Shown: piece after piece, positions 1 through 8,929 of the stretch
Layout: each line of letters opens with the position of its first letter
Position numbering within the stretch: position 1 is the stretch's first letter
Virus record (IMG/VR): IMGVR_UViG_3300016484_000737
Span: 1 to 34,682 of that record
DNA length: 34,682 nucleotides
Direction: 5' to 3' (one strand)
Source: a virus
Taxonomy: Duplodnaviria > Caudoviricetes
Notes under the pieces: generated by a model
Seen by the model: only the letters and a program-made list of their open reading frames with translations
Told to the model about the DNA's origin: nothing
Database searches by the model: none
Program-made: the position numbers and the translations under genes

Positions 1-71
1 ACTTTGACCTTGGCCTTGGTGGTGTGATTCCAAACTTCACCTTTGAGGTCGTGAAGGGAGCTGAACTGTGA
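1..71 (+). CDS. 3' end of the tail-tip protein N-terminal half (continues from 34163 across the circular junction)
   Basis: A34682 + AC(1-2) = AAC, then TTT GAC CTT... gives ...PAYRGLAWISLT-N-FDLGLGGVIPNFTFEVVKGAEL*, with TGA at 69-71. This matches the PAYRG...IPN.TFEV signature of GTA g15/gpJ-like tail-tip proteins. Confidence 0.88.
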   Translation, partial: FDLGLGGVIPNFTFEVVKGAEL

Positions 72-1726
72 GCTTCAACATTGAACACGTTTACACCACT
101 GATGGTTCTGATATTTCAACAACGCAGTTGAGCACTAGTGTGGCATCTGTCAACAGCATGCTATTTGATGGCAAGTATCTGTGGGTGATGGGCATCAACG
201 GGATTGCAATTTTTAGCTACTTTGGCTCATACTGCTATGATGAACCATCTTGGGCAGAGCTTGATGATGCCATCTATCAAAATCTCGGGTATGGGCTTAG
301 CAAAAAACTGCGTCTTGTCACGTACATCAAAGTGACATCAGCGGTTGTTGTGCGCACGACAGTTGACCCTGCACTTTCCCTTTTCCCAACGCTCAGCTCT
401 TCTGATGCTGACGGCACATATGTGATTGGTGGTGTGAACGTTGTTGTGAAGACTCTTGAAAATGGTGAGCGAGCAATTACGACAAGCATCACGCGCACAG
501 GATCGGATCTAAACACACTGAATGCGTTCTATGGTGCAATTGACGGAACAAAGCTCTATGCGACAAATGGCAACGTGTTCTCAGAGGTGTTTCGTTTCAA
601 TGTGACAACGCAAGATTTCGAGACTGCTTTTCGCATTACTCCGATGACTGGGTCTGGCGCATACCCAACAATGACGTCAAACATGATTGCCGCTGATGGG
701 AAGCTCTGGACAGTCACGACCATGACTAGCCCAGATTTGCCACAGACGCTGCAGTCATACAATTTGTCTACTGGTGTCACAGTCCAAACGACAATCCCTG
801 TTCGCCCGGGCACTGCTCGAAGCTGGATTGCCGATGGATACAATAGCCACGTCTATGTGACTAACTACAACAATCTCTCTGTGACGCGGTTCACCTATTC
901 AAATGTGCTTGGTGCAGTAATTCGGGTAAATTCTAGCCCTTCGCGCATTTTCTCATTTCCTGACAAGAAGATCTATGTTTCTAGCTATGCTGGAATGCTG
1001 AGCTTGATTGATTGGGATGATGATGGTGTTCATAACGATTGGGGCACTGAAAGCACGTGTCTAGCGCTGTACCAAGATCCAACTGATAGCTCAAAGGTTT
1101 GGTTCTTGAATGATGGCGGTACAATTGCAAACCATGACTTGAATACGCATGACCAAACAGAGTTTGCAGCACTAACTGAAACCGATGATTGGATTTCAAA
1201 TAGCGCAAGTTTTGCTGCGCGTCCTGCTTCAGTTTCATGGGTAAGTGGCATCTATGTTGGATACCAATTCACGGCCACACTGAATGCAACGGTCACTTTG
1301 CCAAATCAAAAGCTCATCTCTCGTGAAGCTTGGAATGGTACACAAACATACAATCCTGACATCGTCATTCGCAATACCTCAAATGTGCGTCTTGTTGAAT
1401 ATCTCGATTACACACTTGACAAAACCGCTGGAACAATCACTTTCCTACCAACCTCTACAGTTGTGACAAGCGGAACTCCAGTGACACTTCGTGTTGTATA
1501 CACCTACCAAGACAACAATTTCCTGCCTACACAAATGCTTGTCACGCCTTCAACTACGTACACATCTGGTGGAACAATCAACGTCGATCCTTACATCTTC
1601 TTTTTCTCTGGATACATCCTGCATGCTGCGCGTCTTGACACATACTTCTTGAATCGCCCAGCTAAGACTGGTGTCACTGGACAAGGTGCTGTAGTGGCTG
1701 GTAGCAACCAATACTTCGGGGACTGA
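68..1726 (+). CDS. Tail-associated beta-propeller protein (YVTN-like blades), putative adhesin
   Basis: 552 aa. GTG start overlaps the upstream TGA (GTGA). Repeated blade motifs FDGKYLWV, IDGTKLYAT, ADGKLWTV, HVYVTNY and KKIYVSS. S/T-rich and located in the tail-tip module. Confidence 0.6.
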   Translation: MSFNIEHVYTTDGSDISTTQLSTSVASVNSMLFDGKYLWVMGINGIAIFSYFGSYCYDEPSWAELDDAIYQNLGYGLSKKLRLVTYIKVTSAVVVRTTVDPALSLFPTLSSSDADGTYVIGGVNVVVKTLENGERAITTSITRTGSDLNTLNAFYGAIDGTKLYATNGNVFSEVFRFNVTTQDFETAFRITPMTGSGAYPTMTSNMIAADGKLWTVTTMTSPDLPQTLQSYNLSTGVTVQTTIPVRPGTARSWIADGYNSHVYVTNYNNLSVTRFTYSNVLGAVIRVNSSPSRIFSFPDKKIYVSSYAGMLSLIDWDDDGVHNDWGTESTCLALYQDPTDSSKVWFLNDGGTIANHDLNTHDQTEFAALTETDDWISNSASFAARPASVSWVSGIYVGYQFTATLNATVTLPNQKLISREAWNGTQTYNPDIVIRNTSNVRLVEYLDYTLDKTAGTITFLPTSTVVTSGTPVTLRVVYTYQDNNFLPTQMLVTPSTTYTSGGTINVDPYIFFFSGYILHAARLDTYFLNRPAKTGVTGQGAVVAGSNQYFGD

Positions 1727-1727
1727 T

Positions 1728-4034
1728 ATGTACTGCCCACGTCCTGGCTCAACATCTAAAACTCAGAACAACGCAACTCCTGGCAAGAAGCGCGTTTATG
1801 CACCACCACCACGCGATGAGGGGTGCAATGCGTCATCTTCAACTGTTGTCACTGATCCAAACTCTGGTGGAAGCACTAGCAATACTGTCTATGTCCCAGG
1901 TCCTGCAGGTCCTGCAGGTGCAAATGGCACTGACGGTAAGGACGGTCTGAGTTTCTTCTGGCGCGGTGATTGGGGTACTGGAGCTAGCTATGAAACTGCT
2001 ACGCTCTCTGATGCAACTGACCGCATCTATGACGTGGTGTACAAGAATGGCAGTTCATACATCTGCATCCAAGACCACATTGCTGATGGGATGAACGAGC
2101 CACAAGATGATGATTTTGTCGGCCCAACAACTTGGACTGAGTACTGGCACCTGCTTGCAAAGCGTGGTGAGGGGACTCTTGCACCTGCCGATAAGGACTT
2201 CTTCGACACTCTGAAAGATGACATCTTTGACTGGGTGAAGAACGCATCTGTTGGTGACTTGATTGCTGCGGGTCTTGCTGTTGCTGGTGTGATTTGGGCT
2301 GGCTCGCAAATTGTCAGCATGTTCACCGACGATGGCTCTGGTGATGGTGAAGCCGACCAGCGCTATGATGGTTCTGACGGATATGTCACAACTGCCTACG
2401 ATGCACCTGACATCAAGGAAGTTCTGACAAGTCTATGTGAATACACTGGTGTTCCATATGATGTTTCAGCGTTGCCAGATGCTCCTTGTGAGTTCACCAT
2501 TGGCAATGCTACTGGAACTCGTTCCATTCTTGGCAGTCTTGCTCTCGCATACCAATTCGACATGGTCGACACTGGTGGGGTGCTGAAGTTTGTTCCGCGC
2601 TCTGTTACTTCTGTCAAGACTATTGACGATGATGATCTTGCTTTCGCATCTGATGCAAGCAAGCTTGCTCCGCCGTACTCAACACAGCGCTTCCAAGGAA
2701 CTGACCTTCCAAAGCGTGTTGTGCTCCAGTACTACGACTCAAGTCTTGACTATGATGTGTTCACGCAGGAATCTGACCTTTTCGTCTATGAAGAAGGTCA
2801 GGAGGTTTCACTGCAAGTCCCAGTGACTTTGACTGCTGCCCGCGCAAAGGAAATTACCGACCTCACGCTTATCAACTCACACCTTGATCGTTCGCAGTAC
2901 ACTTTCTCGACTAGCTACAAGCATATCGACTTGGAGCCGGCTGATGTCATCAGTTCGCCTTCTATGGGCTTGCTGCGTATCAAGCAAATCTCTGAGACAG
3001 AAGAAGGTATTCTGGAAATCATTGCGACTGATGCAGGTGGAGAGCTTGCTGTTGAAGGCTCTGGCAATTCACCATCTCTGCCTCCAGCAAGCACTAACAT
3101 CCCAATCAGCATTGGCTATTCACAAGGCTTGTTCATCGACCCACCTGCCCTTGATGACCAAGACACTGGAGTGCGCATGTATGCCGCTGTTCATGGCTAC
3201 GATCGTGCTGGTTGGCCAGGTGCTGCTATCTTTGTCTCGACAAATGGTGGAGCTTCATACGACCAAATTGCTTCAACAACACGTGAAGCAACTGTAGGTC
3301 TTGTTGAAACAGCAATCCCATCTGCAGATTACCACGTGTGGGACAACACCACTGTTATCACCGTCAAGGTGAAGACTAACACACTTGGTTCCGTCTCTGA
3401 ACTTGATGTGCTAAATGGCAAGAACCTCTGCATGGTTGGACAGGAAGTCATTGGCTTCAAGAATGCCGTGCTCACTGCCCCAAAGACCTACCAGCTATCT
3501 GGTCTGCTTCGTGGTCGTCGTGGCTCTGAGCAGTTTGTCGGGACGCACGTTGCAAATGAGCTCTTTGTTCTTCTTGATGATGCTGTTGTGCGTCTTGATT
3601 ACTCAGACTCTGATCGTGGCACCACAAAGATGTACAAAGTCGTGACCATTGGTTCTAGCATCGACAAGGTGACTGGCCAAGACGTGTTCATGTACTCGAA
3701 CAACACACAGATGTGGCCTGTTCTTGGCGCCAAGGTTGTGAAAACCGGCGCTGACTACACCTTGTCGTGGAAGGAATCTGTGCGCTTCAACAACCAGCTC
3801 AAGGATTTCACAACTGCAACTCACGATTCAGACTGGGGTGGATACGGCATTGTTGTGTATGACACTGATGGGACAACCGTCAAGAAGACTTACACAACAC
3901 AATCCGAATCATGGACGTATTCTGCGTCCATGCAAGTAAATGACTTTGGCTCGACACAATCGTCGATCAAAACCAAGGTTGTTGAGTTGTCGACTAAGTT
4001 CGGCGCTGGTTATTCTGTCACTGTAAATAGCTGA
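1728..4034 (+). CDS. Tail-tip/central fibre protein, C-terminal half of a GTA g15/gpJ-like protein with an added N-terminal region
   Basis: 768 aa. From about aa 224 it carries typical motifs (RSILGSLALAYQFDMVDTGGVLKFVPR, LPKRVVLQYYD..LDY, LEPADVI, GWPGAAIFVS, VLNGKNLCMVGQEVIGF, YQLSGLLRGRRGSE). The N-terminal part has a collagen-like GPAGPAGANG stretch and a WRGDW...YDVVYKNGSSYICIQDH module. Confidence 0.8.
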   Translation: MYCPRPGSTSKTQNNATPGKKRVYAPPPRDEGCNASSSTVVTDPNSGGSTSNTVYVPGPAGPAGANGTDGKDGLSFFWRGDWGTGASYETATLSDATDRIYDVVYKNGSSYICIQDHIADGMNEPQDDDFVGPTTWTEYWHLLAKRGEGTLAPADKDFFDTLKDDIFDWVKNASVGDLIAAGLAVAGVIWAGSQIVSMFTDDGSGDGEADQRYDGSDGYVTTAYDAPDIKEVLTSLCEYTGVPYDVSALPDAPCEFTIGNATGTRSILGSLALAYQFDMVDTGGVLKFVPRSVTSVKTIDDDDLAFASDASKLAPPYSTQRFQGTDLPKRVVLQYYDSSLDYDVFTQESDLFVYEEGQEVSLQVPVTLTAARAKEITDLTLINSHLDRSQYTFSTSYKHIDLEPADVISSPSMGLLRIKQISETEEGILEIIATDAGGELAVEGSGNSPSLPPASTNIPISIGYSQGLFIDPPALDDQDTGVRMYAAVHGYDRAGWPGAAIFVSTNGGASYDQIASTTREATVGLVETAIPSADYHVWDNTTVITVKVKTNTLGSVSELDVLNGKNLCMVGQEVIGFKNAVLTAPKTYQLSGLLRGRRGSEQFVGTHVANELFVLLDDAVVRLDYSDSDRGTTKMYKVVTIGSSIDKVTGQDVFMYSNNTQMWPVLGAKVVKTGADYTLSWKESVRFNNQLKDFTTATHDSDWGGYGIVVYDTDGTTVKKTYTTQSESWTYSASMQVNDFGSTQSSIKTKVVELSTKFGAGYSVTVNS
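4021..4030 (+). promoter_or_regulatory. Putative gp55-type late promoter (CTGTAAATAG)
   Basis: TAAATAG at 4024-4030, followed by RBS TAAGGAG and ATG 4054. Confidence 0.6.
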
Positions 4035-4053
4035 CCGTAAGGAGATATGTCAA

Positions 4054-4287
4054 ATGGCTACTACACCCAACCTGGGCCTGACTCAAATTGAAGTTGGCCA
4101 GAAAGAAAAAGAAGTCACCATCAACACCAACAACTCTCTGTTGGATTCGAAGGTGCCTCGCGCCCTAGCAGACGCAGCTTCTGCTCCAGCCACCACAGGC
4201 TTGGCACCGGGGTCAACATACTTCAACACCACTGACAACAAGGTCTATTGGCTCCGTCCTAACTTGACTTGGGTGGCATTGGTATGA
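4054..4287 (+). CDS. Short tail-fibre anchor protein (DUF2793-like N-terminus)
   Basis: 77 aa. TTPNLGL..I..GQ..KEVTIN.....LD resembles the N-terminus of the fibre proteins that follow g15 in GTA-like tails. Strong RBS. Confidence 0.65.
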   Translation: MATTPNLGLTQIEVGQKEKEVTINTNNSLLDSKVPRALADAASAPATTGLAPGSTYFNTTDNKVYWLRPNLTWVALV

Positions 4288-5285
4288 CTCTTCCTGCAAA
4301 GGCAACTAGCTCTACAGCTGGCCAGATCATGCTGAATGGCGATCTGGTTGGGTCTGCTGATGTGCCTGAGCTTCGTAAGTCAGGTGTTGTCGCAGACACA
4401 TATTCCTTGGTAATCAAGTCGTCCATTGATTCTAAGGGGCGTTTCACGTCAGCTGGTGCAGCATCGCAAACTGGCTCCACGTTTGATACGCATTTTGCGC
4501 CGCTCATTGGCACTGCTACATCTTCTACTAAAGGTGTTTTCAGTGTTGACCCAAATGGCGGGCTTGCAATTTCAAGCGGTGTTCTTAGCATTCCAAGTGC
4601 AACATCCAGCGTAAAGGGCATTGTCCAGATTGGCACAAGCGGATTGGCAATCAGCTCAGGCCAACTTACTCTGGACCCAACAACTATTCAGCAGGCTGGA
4701 ACATCACAGCGTGGTGTATTTCAGCTTGGCACAAATTTTACAAAAGTTGGAACAGCGCTGACGTTTGTGGCTAACCCAACCGGAAGTGTTCTTGGCACCT
4801 ATTTCGTCGGTTCTGGGCTATCGAAATTTGGAAATTTCCTCACGCGGACACTTGCTGAAAGTGCTGTTCTTGGTATTGCATTCCCTGAGCTAACCGGTAT
4901 CAATATCACCGTCAGCGCTGGTGCACTGAACGTTGGTAGTAATGTGTCTAAGCTTGCAACTGCTCAAACATTCACAAAATCCCAGGTGACACAGAAGTAT
5001 GCAGCTTCTGCATCATCGTCATTTACGCCAGACTTTTCTTTGTCGGACTGTATTGAGGTAACTCTCACTGGAAACATTACATTGAATGCCCCGACAAACA
5101 CGGTGGATGGTGGTGTTTACACACTCATCTTGATTCAAGATGGGACAGGGGGCAGAACAGTTTCACGCAGCGGCAGCTATCGTGGTCCAGCTTTCACAGC
5201 ATCAACAGCCGCCAATGCAATCGACGTCATCACGATCATCGCGACTGACGGCAATTATCTTTTCATCCTAAGCGATAGGTTCTAA
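4284..5285 (+). CDS. Tail fibre protein with ATxSxKG repeats
   Basis: 333 aa from ATG 4284 (ATGA overlap). Repeats ATSSTKGVF and ATSSVKGIVQIG. C-terminal domain is paralogous to those of 5287-6273 and 20147-20620. Confidence 0.7.
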   Translation: MTLPAKATSSTAGQIMLNGDLVGSADVPELRKSGVVADTYSLVIKSSIDSKGRFTSAGAASQTGSTFDTHFAPLIGTATSSTKGVFSVDPNGGLAISSGVLSIPSATSSVKGIVQIGTSGLAISSGQLTLDPTTIQQAGTSQRGVFQLGTNFTKVGTALTFVANPTGSVLGTYFVGSGLSKFGNFLTRTLAESAVLGIAFPELTGINITVSAGALNVGSNVSKLATAQTFTKSQVTQKYAASASSSFTPDFSLSDCIEVTLTGNITLNAPTNTVDGGVYTLILIQDGTGGRTVSRSGSYRGPAFTASTAANAIDVITIIATDGNYLFILSDRF

Positions 5286-5286
5286 A

Positions 5287-6273
5287 ATGTCACTTGCAAC
5301 AAACACAGCTTATGGGGAAATCAAGCTCGCAGGCGATCTTGCTGGTGGCAATGATGCAAACTCCCCCACCCTCACCAATACTGCTGTCACTCCAGGCACT
5401 TATACACTGCCAACACTGACTATCAACAGTAAAGGACAAGTAACTGCGGCCTCTAATGGGACATCAGCATCGGTGTTGGCCCTCATTCCAGATGCCACAA
5501 CGTCAACAAAGGGCATTGCCTCAATTGGCACCGGTCTAGTTGTGACAAGTGGAGCTGTTTCTGTTCCAGATGCCACAACGTCAACAAAGGGCATTCTGAA
5601 ATACGGCTCTGGATTGACTCTTTCTGGTGGCGCACTAATCGTTGATGTGACCGCACTGCCTGATGCTACCACATCTGTTCGTGGTGTTGCGACTGTCGGT
5701 GAAGGACTGCAGGCGACTGCTGGCGTGATTTCTATTGCTCCTGCAACGACGTCACTTCGCGGTGGTTTGGCAATTGGATCCGGGCTGAGTGTTGATGGTT
5801 CTGGTGTTGTATCTGTTGCGGCAAGTCTCCCAGCTGCAACAAGCTCTGTTCCAGGTGCTGTGACTTCTGCTGATACAAACAACATCGTTATCACAGCAGG
5901 AGCCATTGATGTTGGACCAAACGTTGCAAAGCTGAATACATTCAACACTTTCACAAAGTCACAAGTTGTAGCAAAATACAACGCGACTTATGCCGCTAGC
6001 ATGACTCTGGATTTTTCACTTGGCAACGTTCAGCAGTTCACTGCAACTGGCAACTTCACAATGAATACACCAACAAACGCTGTTGCTGGTGGCACATACA
6101 TTATCATCGTGCTGACTGGTGCAACAAATGTGACTCCAACCTGGGGCTCAGCATTCAAGTGGGCGCCAAATGCCACTAAGATCTGCTCGGCTCTATCTGG
6201 TAAGTACGACATTTTCACTATGGTTGCAATTGCCTCAAATAGTTTTCTTGTGACTTCACAGATTGGGTTCTAA
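5287..6273 (+). CDS. Tail fibre protein, paralogue of the upstream gene
   Basis: 328 aa. About five PDATTSTKGI-type repeats. Shares the G.I.L.GDL.G N-terminus and the TFTKSQV..KY.A...DFS...TGN.T.N.PTN.V.GG.Y C-terminus with 4284-5285. Confidence 0.7.
   Translation: MSLATNTAYGEIKLAGDLAGGNDANSPTLTNTAVTPGTYTLPTLTINSKGQVTAASNGTSASVLALIPDATTSTKGIASIGTGLVVTSGAVSVPDATTSTKGILKYGSGLTLSGGALIVDVTALPDATTSVRGVATVGEGLQATAGVISIAPATTSLRGGLAIGSGLSVDGSGVVSVAASLPAATSSVPGAVTSADTNNIVITAGAIDVGPNVAKLNTFNTFTKSQVVAKYNATYAASMTLDFSLGNVQQFTATGNFTMNTPTNAVAGGTYIIIVLTGATNVTPTWGSAFKWAPNATKICSALSGKYDIFTMVAIASNSFLVTSQIGF
5486..5595 (+). repeat. 32-bp exact direct repeat within the fibre gene
   Basis: TTCCAGATGCCACAACGTCAACAAAGGGCATT at 5486-5517 and 5564-5595 (78-bp offset, 26 codons). 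Confidence 0.9.
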
Positions 6274-6274
6274 T

Positions 6275-7189
6275 ATGTTCACTTTTCGCAATCTGCAAAA
6301 ATCTATCGACGACTATAAGGGAACATTTTTCATTACCCCAGGTACTGGGAACCCTACATTGCTTCTGAATGACGCGAATGTGTTGTCTACTGTGACAACG
6401 GCAACAAACTGTCGTTCGTATGGGTCTATTGGGCATATTGGTGGATCAATGTTCATCCTAGGTGGTGATGCAGCGAGCTACAGCAGCGGTAGCTGGAACT
6501 CAAATGCTATTTGGCAATTTGACGGCTATGTGTACACCGCTAGTGCATATACGATGGCTCCATCAAATGCCATTTTTGAAAGTGGTACTGGCAACACAAG
6601 CTCAGCAATCTACATGTTTGGCGGCACACAGCGTACAACAAGTGGAAACCCTAACACGCGGACATATGTGAGCAATACATATGCGTTCTCCAACTTTTCA
6701 AACACGACTGCAACAACAGCGTTCCCAGTTGCTTGGTCGCGTTCTGCCTGTGTAAACTTCAGTGATACCCAAATCAATATCATTGGTGGCAACAACGGCA
6801 CTGCATATCAAAGCGCCTTCAGAAATTTTACTGGAGCCGGTGGCGCATTCAGCACTCTAGGGGCCACGTTGACGTCTATCATGGCTGATCTGCCTGTTGG
6901 CATGACTAGCAGTACGCAGTCTTGGTTGCTTGGTGGCGGAACAACGTTTTCTAACATTGTCTCTTGGACGTCAAGCGGGGTGAAGACAAACACTTCCACA
7001 TCGCTGCCTTCTGTAGTCTACAAGCTTCAAGGTGCGGCTGGTAGGAACGGCATTGTGCGCCTTGCAGATTCAACTTCCATTCGAGAGTGGGATGGCACAA
7101 CTCTGTCTGTGAATTCCAACGCTATTGGATCAGGCACGGGCTACGTCTACTCTTTCAACACACCACCTGCTATCTCTACACCAACATGA
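6275..7189 (+). CDS. Kelch-like beta-propeller, putative receptor-binding protein
   Basis: 304 aa from ATG 6275. Repeated hydrophobic-GG motifs (MFILGG, IYMFGG, INIIGG, SWLLGG). S/T/G/N-rich. Confidence 0.65.
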   Translation: MFTFRNLQKSIDDYKGTFFITPGTGNPTLLLNDANVLSTVTTATNCRSYGSIGHIGGSMFILGGDAASYSSGSWNSNAIWQFDGYVYTASAYTMAPSNAIFESGTGNTSSAIYMFGGTQRTTSGNPNTRTYVSNTYAFSNFSNTTATTAFPVAWSRSACVNFSDTQINIIGGNNGTAYQSAFRNFTGAGGAFSTLGATLTSIMADLPVGMTSSTQSWLLGGGTTFSNIVSWTSSGVKTNTSTSLPSVVYKLQGAAGRNGIVRLADSTSIREWDGTTLSVNSNAIGSGTGYVYSFNTPPAISTPT

Positions 7190-7776
7190 CAGATCCAAAA
7201 ACTAAACTCGGTCAATCTCTTTTTCAAGACACGTTCTTTGTTGCATGTGCACAAGAGACACCATATCGGCGTCTTCGCCAACTTGACCTCGAAATCAAGT
7301 CATTGCAAGACAGCATCGTCCAATACCACTTCACGTTTAGGCGTGATGATGTGAAGCGTCGGCGCCTTGAGGCAGAGCTTGAAGGTGCAGATGAATTCCG
7401 CAAGGAAGAAATCGCAATTGATCTCGACCAGATGAATTGGGAACATTTGAATGCTCGCCGCCTACTTGCAGACGCTGAAGAACGTCTTGCAAATTTTGAT
7501 GAGATGCGTGCACAGCTTATTTCTCAAGTCCCTAAGGAGTATTGGGACATTGGGTTCGAGGGTGCTGAACAGGCGCATTGGGAGACACGCCTCATCAAGC
7601 AAATTTCTCTCTCACAGGCGATTGGTATTCCAGACAAGGGCGCAATTGACATGTTGATGTTGATGCCACCTGAGTCACGTGCTAATGTCCTCATCGGTGT
7701 GGAGCATCAGAAGCTCCAACTTGTCAATGAACAAAAAGCAGCACTCGCGCTTGCAGATGAATCTAACAAAGAATGA
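7186..7776 (+). CDS. Coiled-coil hypothetical protein, possibly a fibre chaperone
   Basis: 196 aa from ATG 7186 (ATGA overlap with the kelch gene). E/R/L-rich heptad character. Confidence 0.6.
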   Translation: MTDPKTKLGQSLFQDTFFVACAQETPYRRLRQLDLEIKSLQDSIVQYHFTFRRDDVKRRRLEAELEGADEFRKEEIAIDLDQMNWEHLNARRLLADAEERLANFDEMRAQLISQVPKEYWDIGFEGAEQAHWETRLIKQISLSQAIGIPDKGAIDMLMLMPPESRANVLIGVEHQKLQLVNEQKAALALADESNKE

Positions 7777-7954
7777 TCTTGAGACAATCGAGCTCCACGC
7801 AAGAATGAACAACATTCTGGTGGAGTTCGAGGCTCAGATTCGCGCAGCAGGTGTGAAGGCAATTCCACCAGATCACCCTCTCCCGTGTCTCAAGATCCTG
7901 CTTCATGATCTTGTCAACCTACACAAAGCGCGCCTGAAACCACAACAAAACTGA
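7757..7954 (+). CDS. Hypothetical protein
   Basis: 65 aa, MNLTKNDLETIEL..., filling the gap before the intergenic region. Start uncertain. Confidence 0.5.
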   Translation: MNLTKNDLETIELHARMNNILVEFEAQIRAAGVKAIPPDHPLPCLKILLHDLVNLHKARLKPQQN

Positions 7955-7960
7955 CAGGCA

Positions 7961-7970
7961 TCGTAAATAG
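7961..7970 (+). promoter_or_regulatory. Putative late promoter (TCGTAAATAG) inside a 7-bp inverted repeat
   Basis: TAAATAG at 7964-7970. Inverted repeat ATCGTAA (7960-7966) / TTACGAT (7973-7979). Confidence 0.55.
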
Positions 7971-8082
7971 TGTTACGATAGGAATATGACAGAGCGGTTC
8001 TGTCATTGACGGCTGCGGAACAGGTTCGGACAAGGATTCTCCCACAGTCGTGCTTTTCAACCCCGACTGAAGAGGAGAAACC

Positions 8083-8754
8083 ATGAAGTCGAACAAGCGC
8101 AACCACTACGCCATCCCTTTCTACCTTCGTTCTGAAGGTGAGAAACTCCAAGACCACCTCATTGACACAGAGTTCGGCCCAGTACAGGCCGATATGATGA
8201 TGCGCATTGATCGCAAGCACCAAGATGGTGAACTGCGGTACAAGGCAGCAGCCGAAGAACTTCGAGCAACTGCTGCCTACATCGAGAGTCTTGCACCCAC
8301 CAAGAAGAACCTCCTGAAGGAACTTGACACGCCTAAGGCCGAGAAGCCAAAGGAAATCCGCATCCCTATTGCGGATGTTATCGCCAAGACTCAGCCAGCA
8401 CCACGCAAGGAAGTGTTCGCGCCTGAGGTCCTTGAATACCTTGCAACTGGCAATCCGACTGTTCTCACAAAGACAGGAACCTTCACACCACAGCAGCGCA
8501 CTGCCTACAAGTCATACTGCTTCGTGAAGATCGATGGGCTTGGTATGAACGGCCACCTGCTGAATTCGACGAAGATGTCGAATGGCAAGCCGCACACCAT
8601 CAAGATTCTCGGTCAAGATGTTGACAAGACCACCATCAAGACAGGGCCTGCAGTCGTGCTTGACGATGGCAACATCATCATTGGGGTAGTCATGCTGGAC
8701 CCTCTGATGGCAGACGACCTCTCGAGGACCTTCAACGGATTCTACCGCGGGTGA
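8083..8754 (+). CDS. Hypothetical protein (non-structural region)
   Basis: 223 aa with strong RBS GAGGAG. No family recognised. Confidence 0.75.
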   Translation: MKSNKRNHYAIPFYLRSEGEKLQDHLIDTEFGPVQADMMMRIDRKHQDGELRYKAAAEELRATAAYIESLAPTKKNLLKELDTPKAEKPKEIRIPIADVIAKTQPAPRKEVFAPEVLEYLATGNPTVLTKTGTFTPQQRTAYKSYCFVKIDGLGMNGHLLNSTKMSNGKPHTIKILGQDVDKTTIKTGPAVVLDDGNIIIGVVMLDPLMADDLSRTFNGFYRG

Positions 8755-8761
8755 TAAATAG
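8751..8761 (+). promoter_or_regulatory. Putative late promoter (GTGATAAATAG)
   Basis: TAAATAG at 8755-8761, immediately after the stop codon and upstream of the structured region and endonuclease. Confidence 0.6.
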
Positions 8762-8925
8762 TCACTGCATAGGATGGAAGCTCGTGTGGCTTCTGTGTGC
8801 AGTGACTCCGCTGATGCAGTGCATGTGGGTTGGAGTGCTGTGACCACGTTGATCCGGCGTGGCTCTCCTTTCAAATACGATGAATGCACACCGCCAGGCT
8901 ACATCGTCCTGGCTCCTACCCATAT
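8760..8925 (+). ncRNA. Candidate structured RNA/leader upstream of endonuclease VII
   Basis: Hairpin AGTCACTGCA 8760-8769 / TGCAGTGACT 8798-8807. Stem 8823-8835 / 8913-8925 encloses hairpins 8844-8862 and 8893-8913. Loop sequence CATCGT (8902-8907) is complementary to ACGATG (8877-8882). Confidence 0.4.
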
Positions 8926-8929
8926 TCAC

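Noticed and set aside
8808-8880. Hammerhead ribozyme (CTGATG at 8811)
   Set aside because: The core reads CTGATGC rather than CTGANGA, and no correctly placed GAAA is present.
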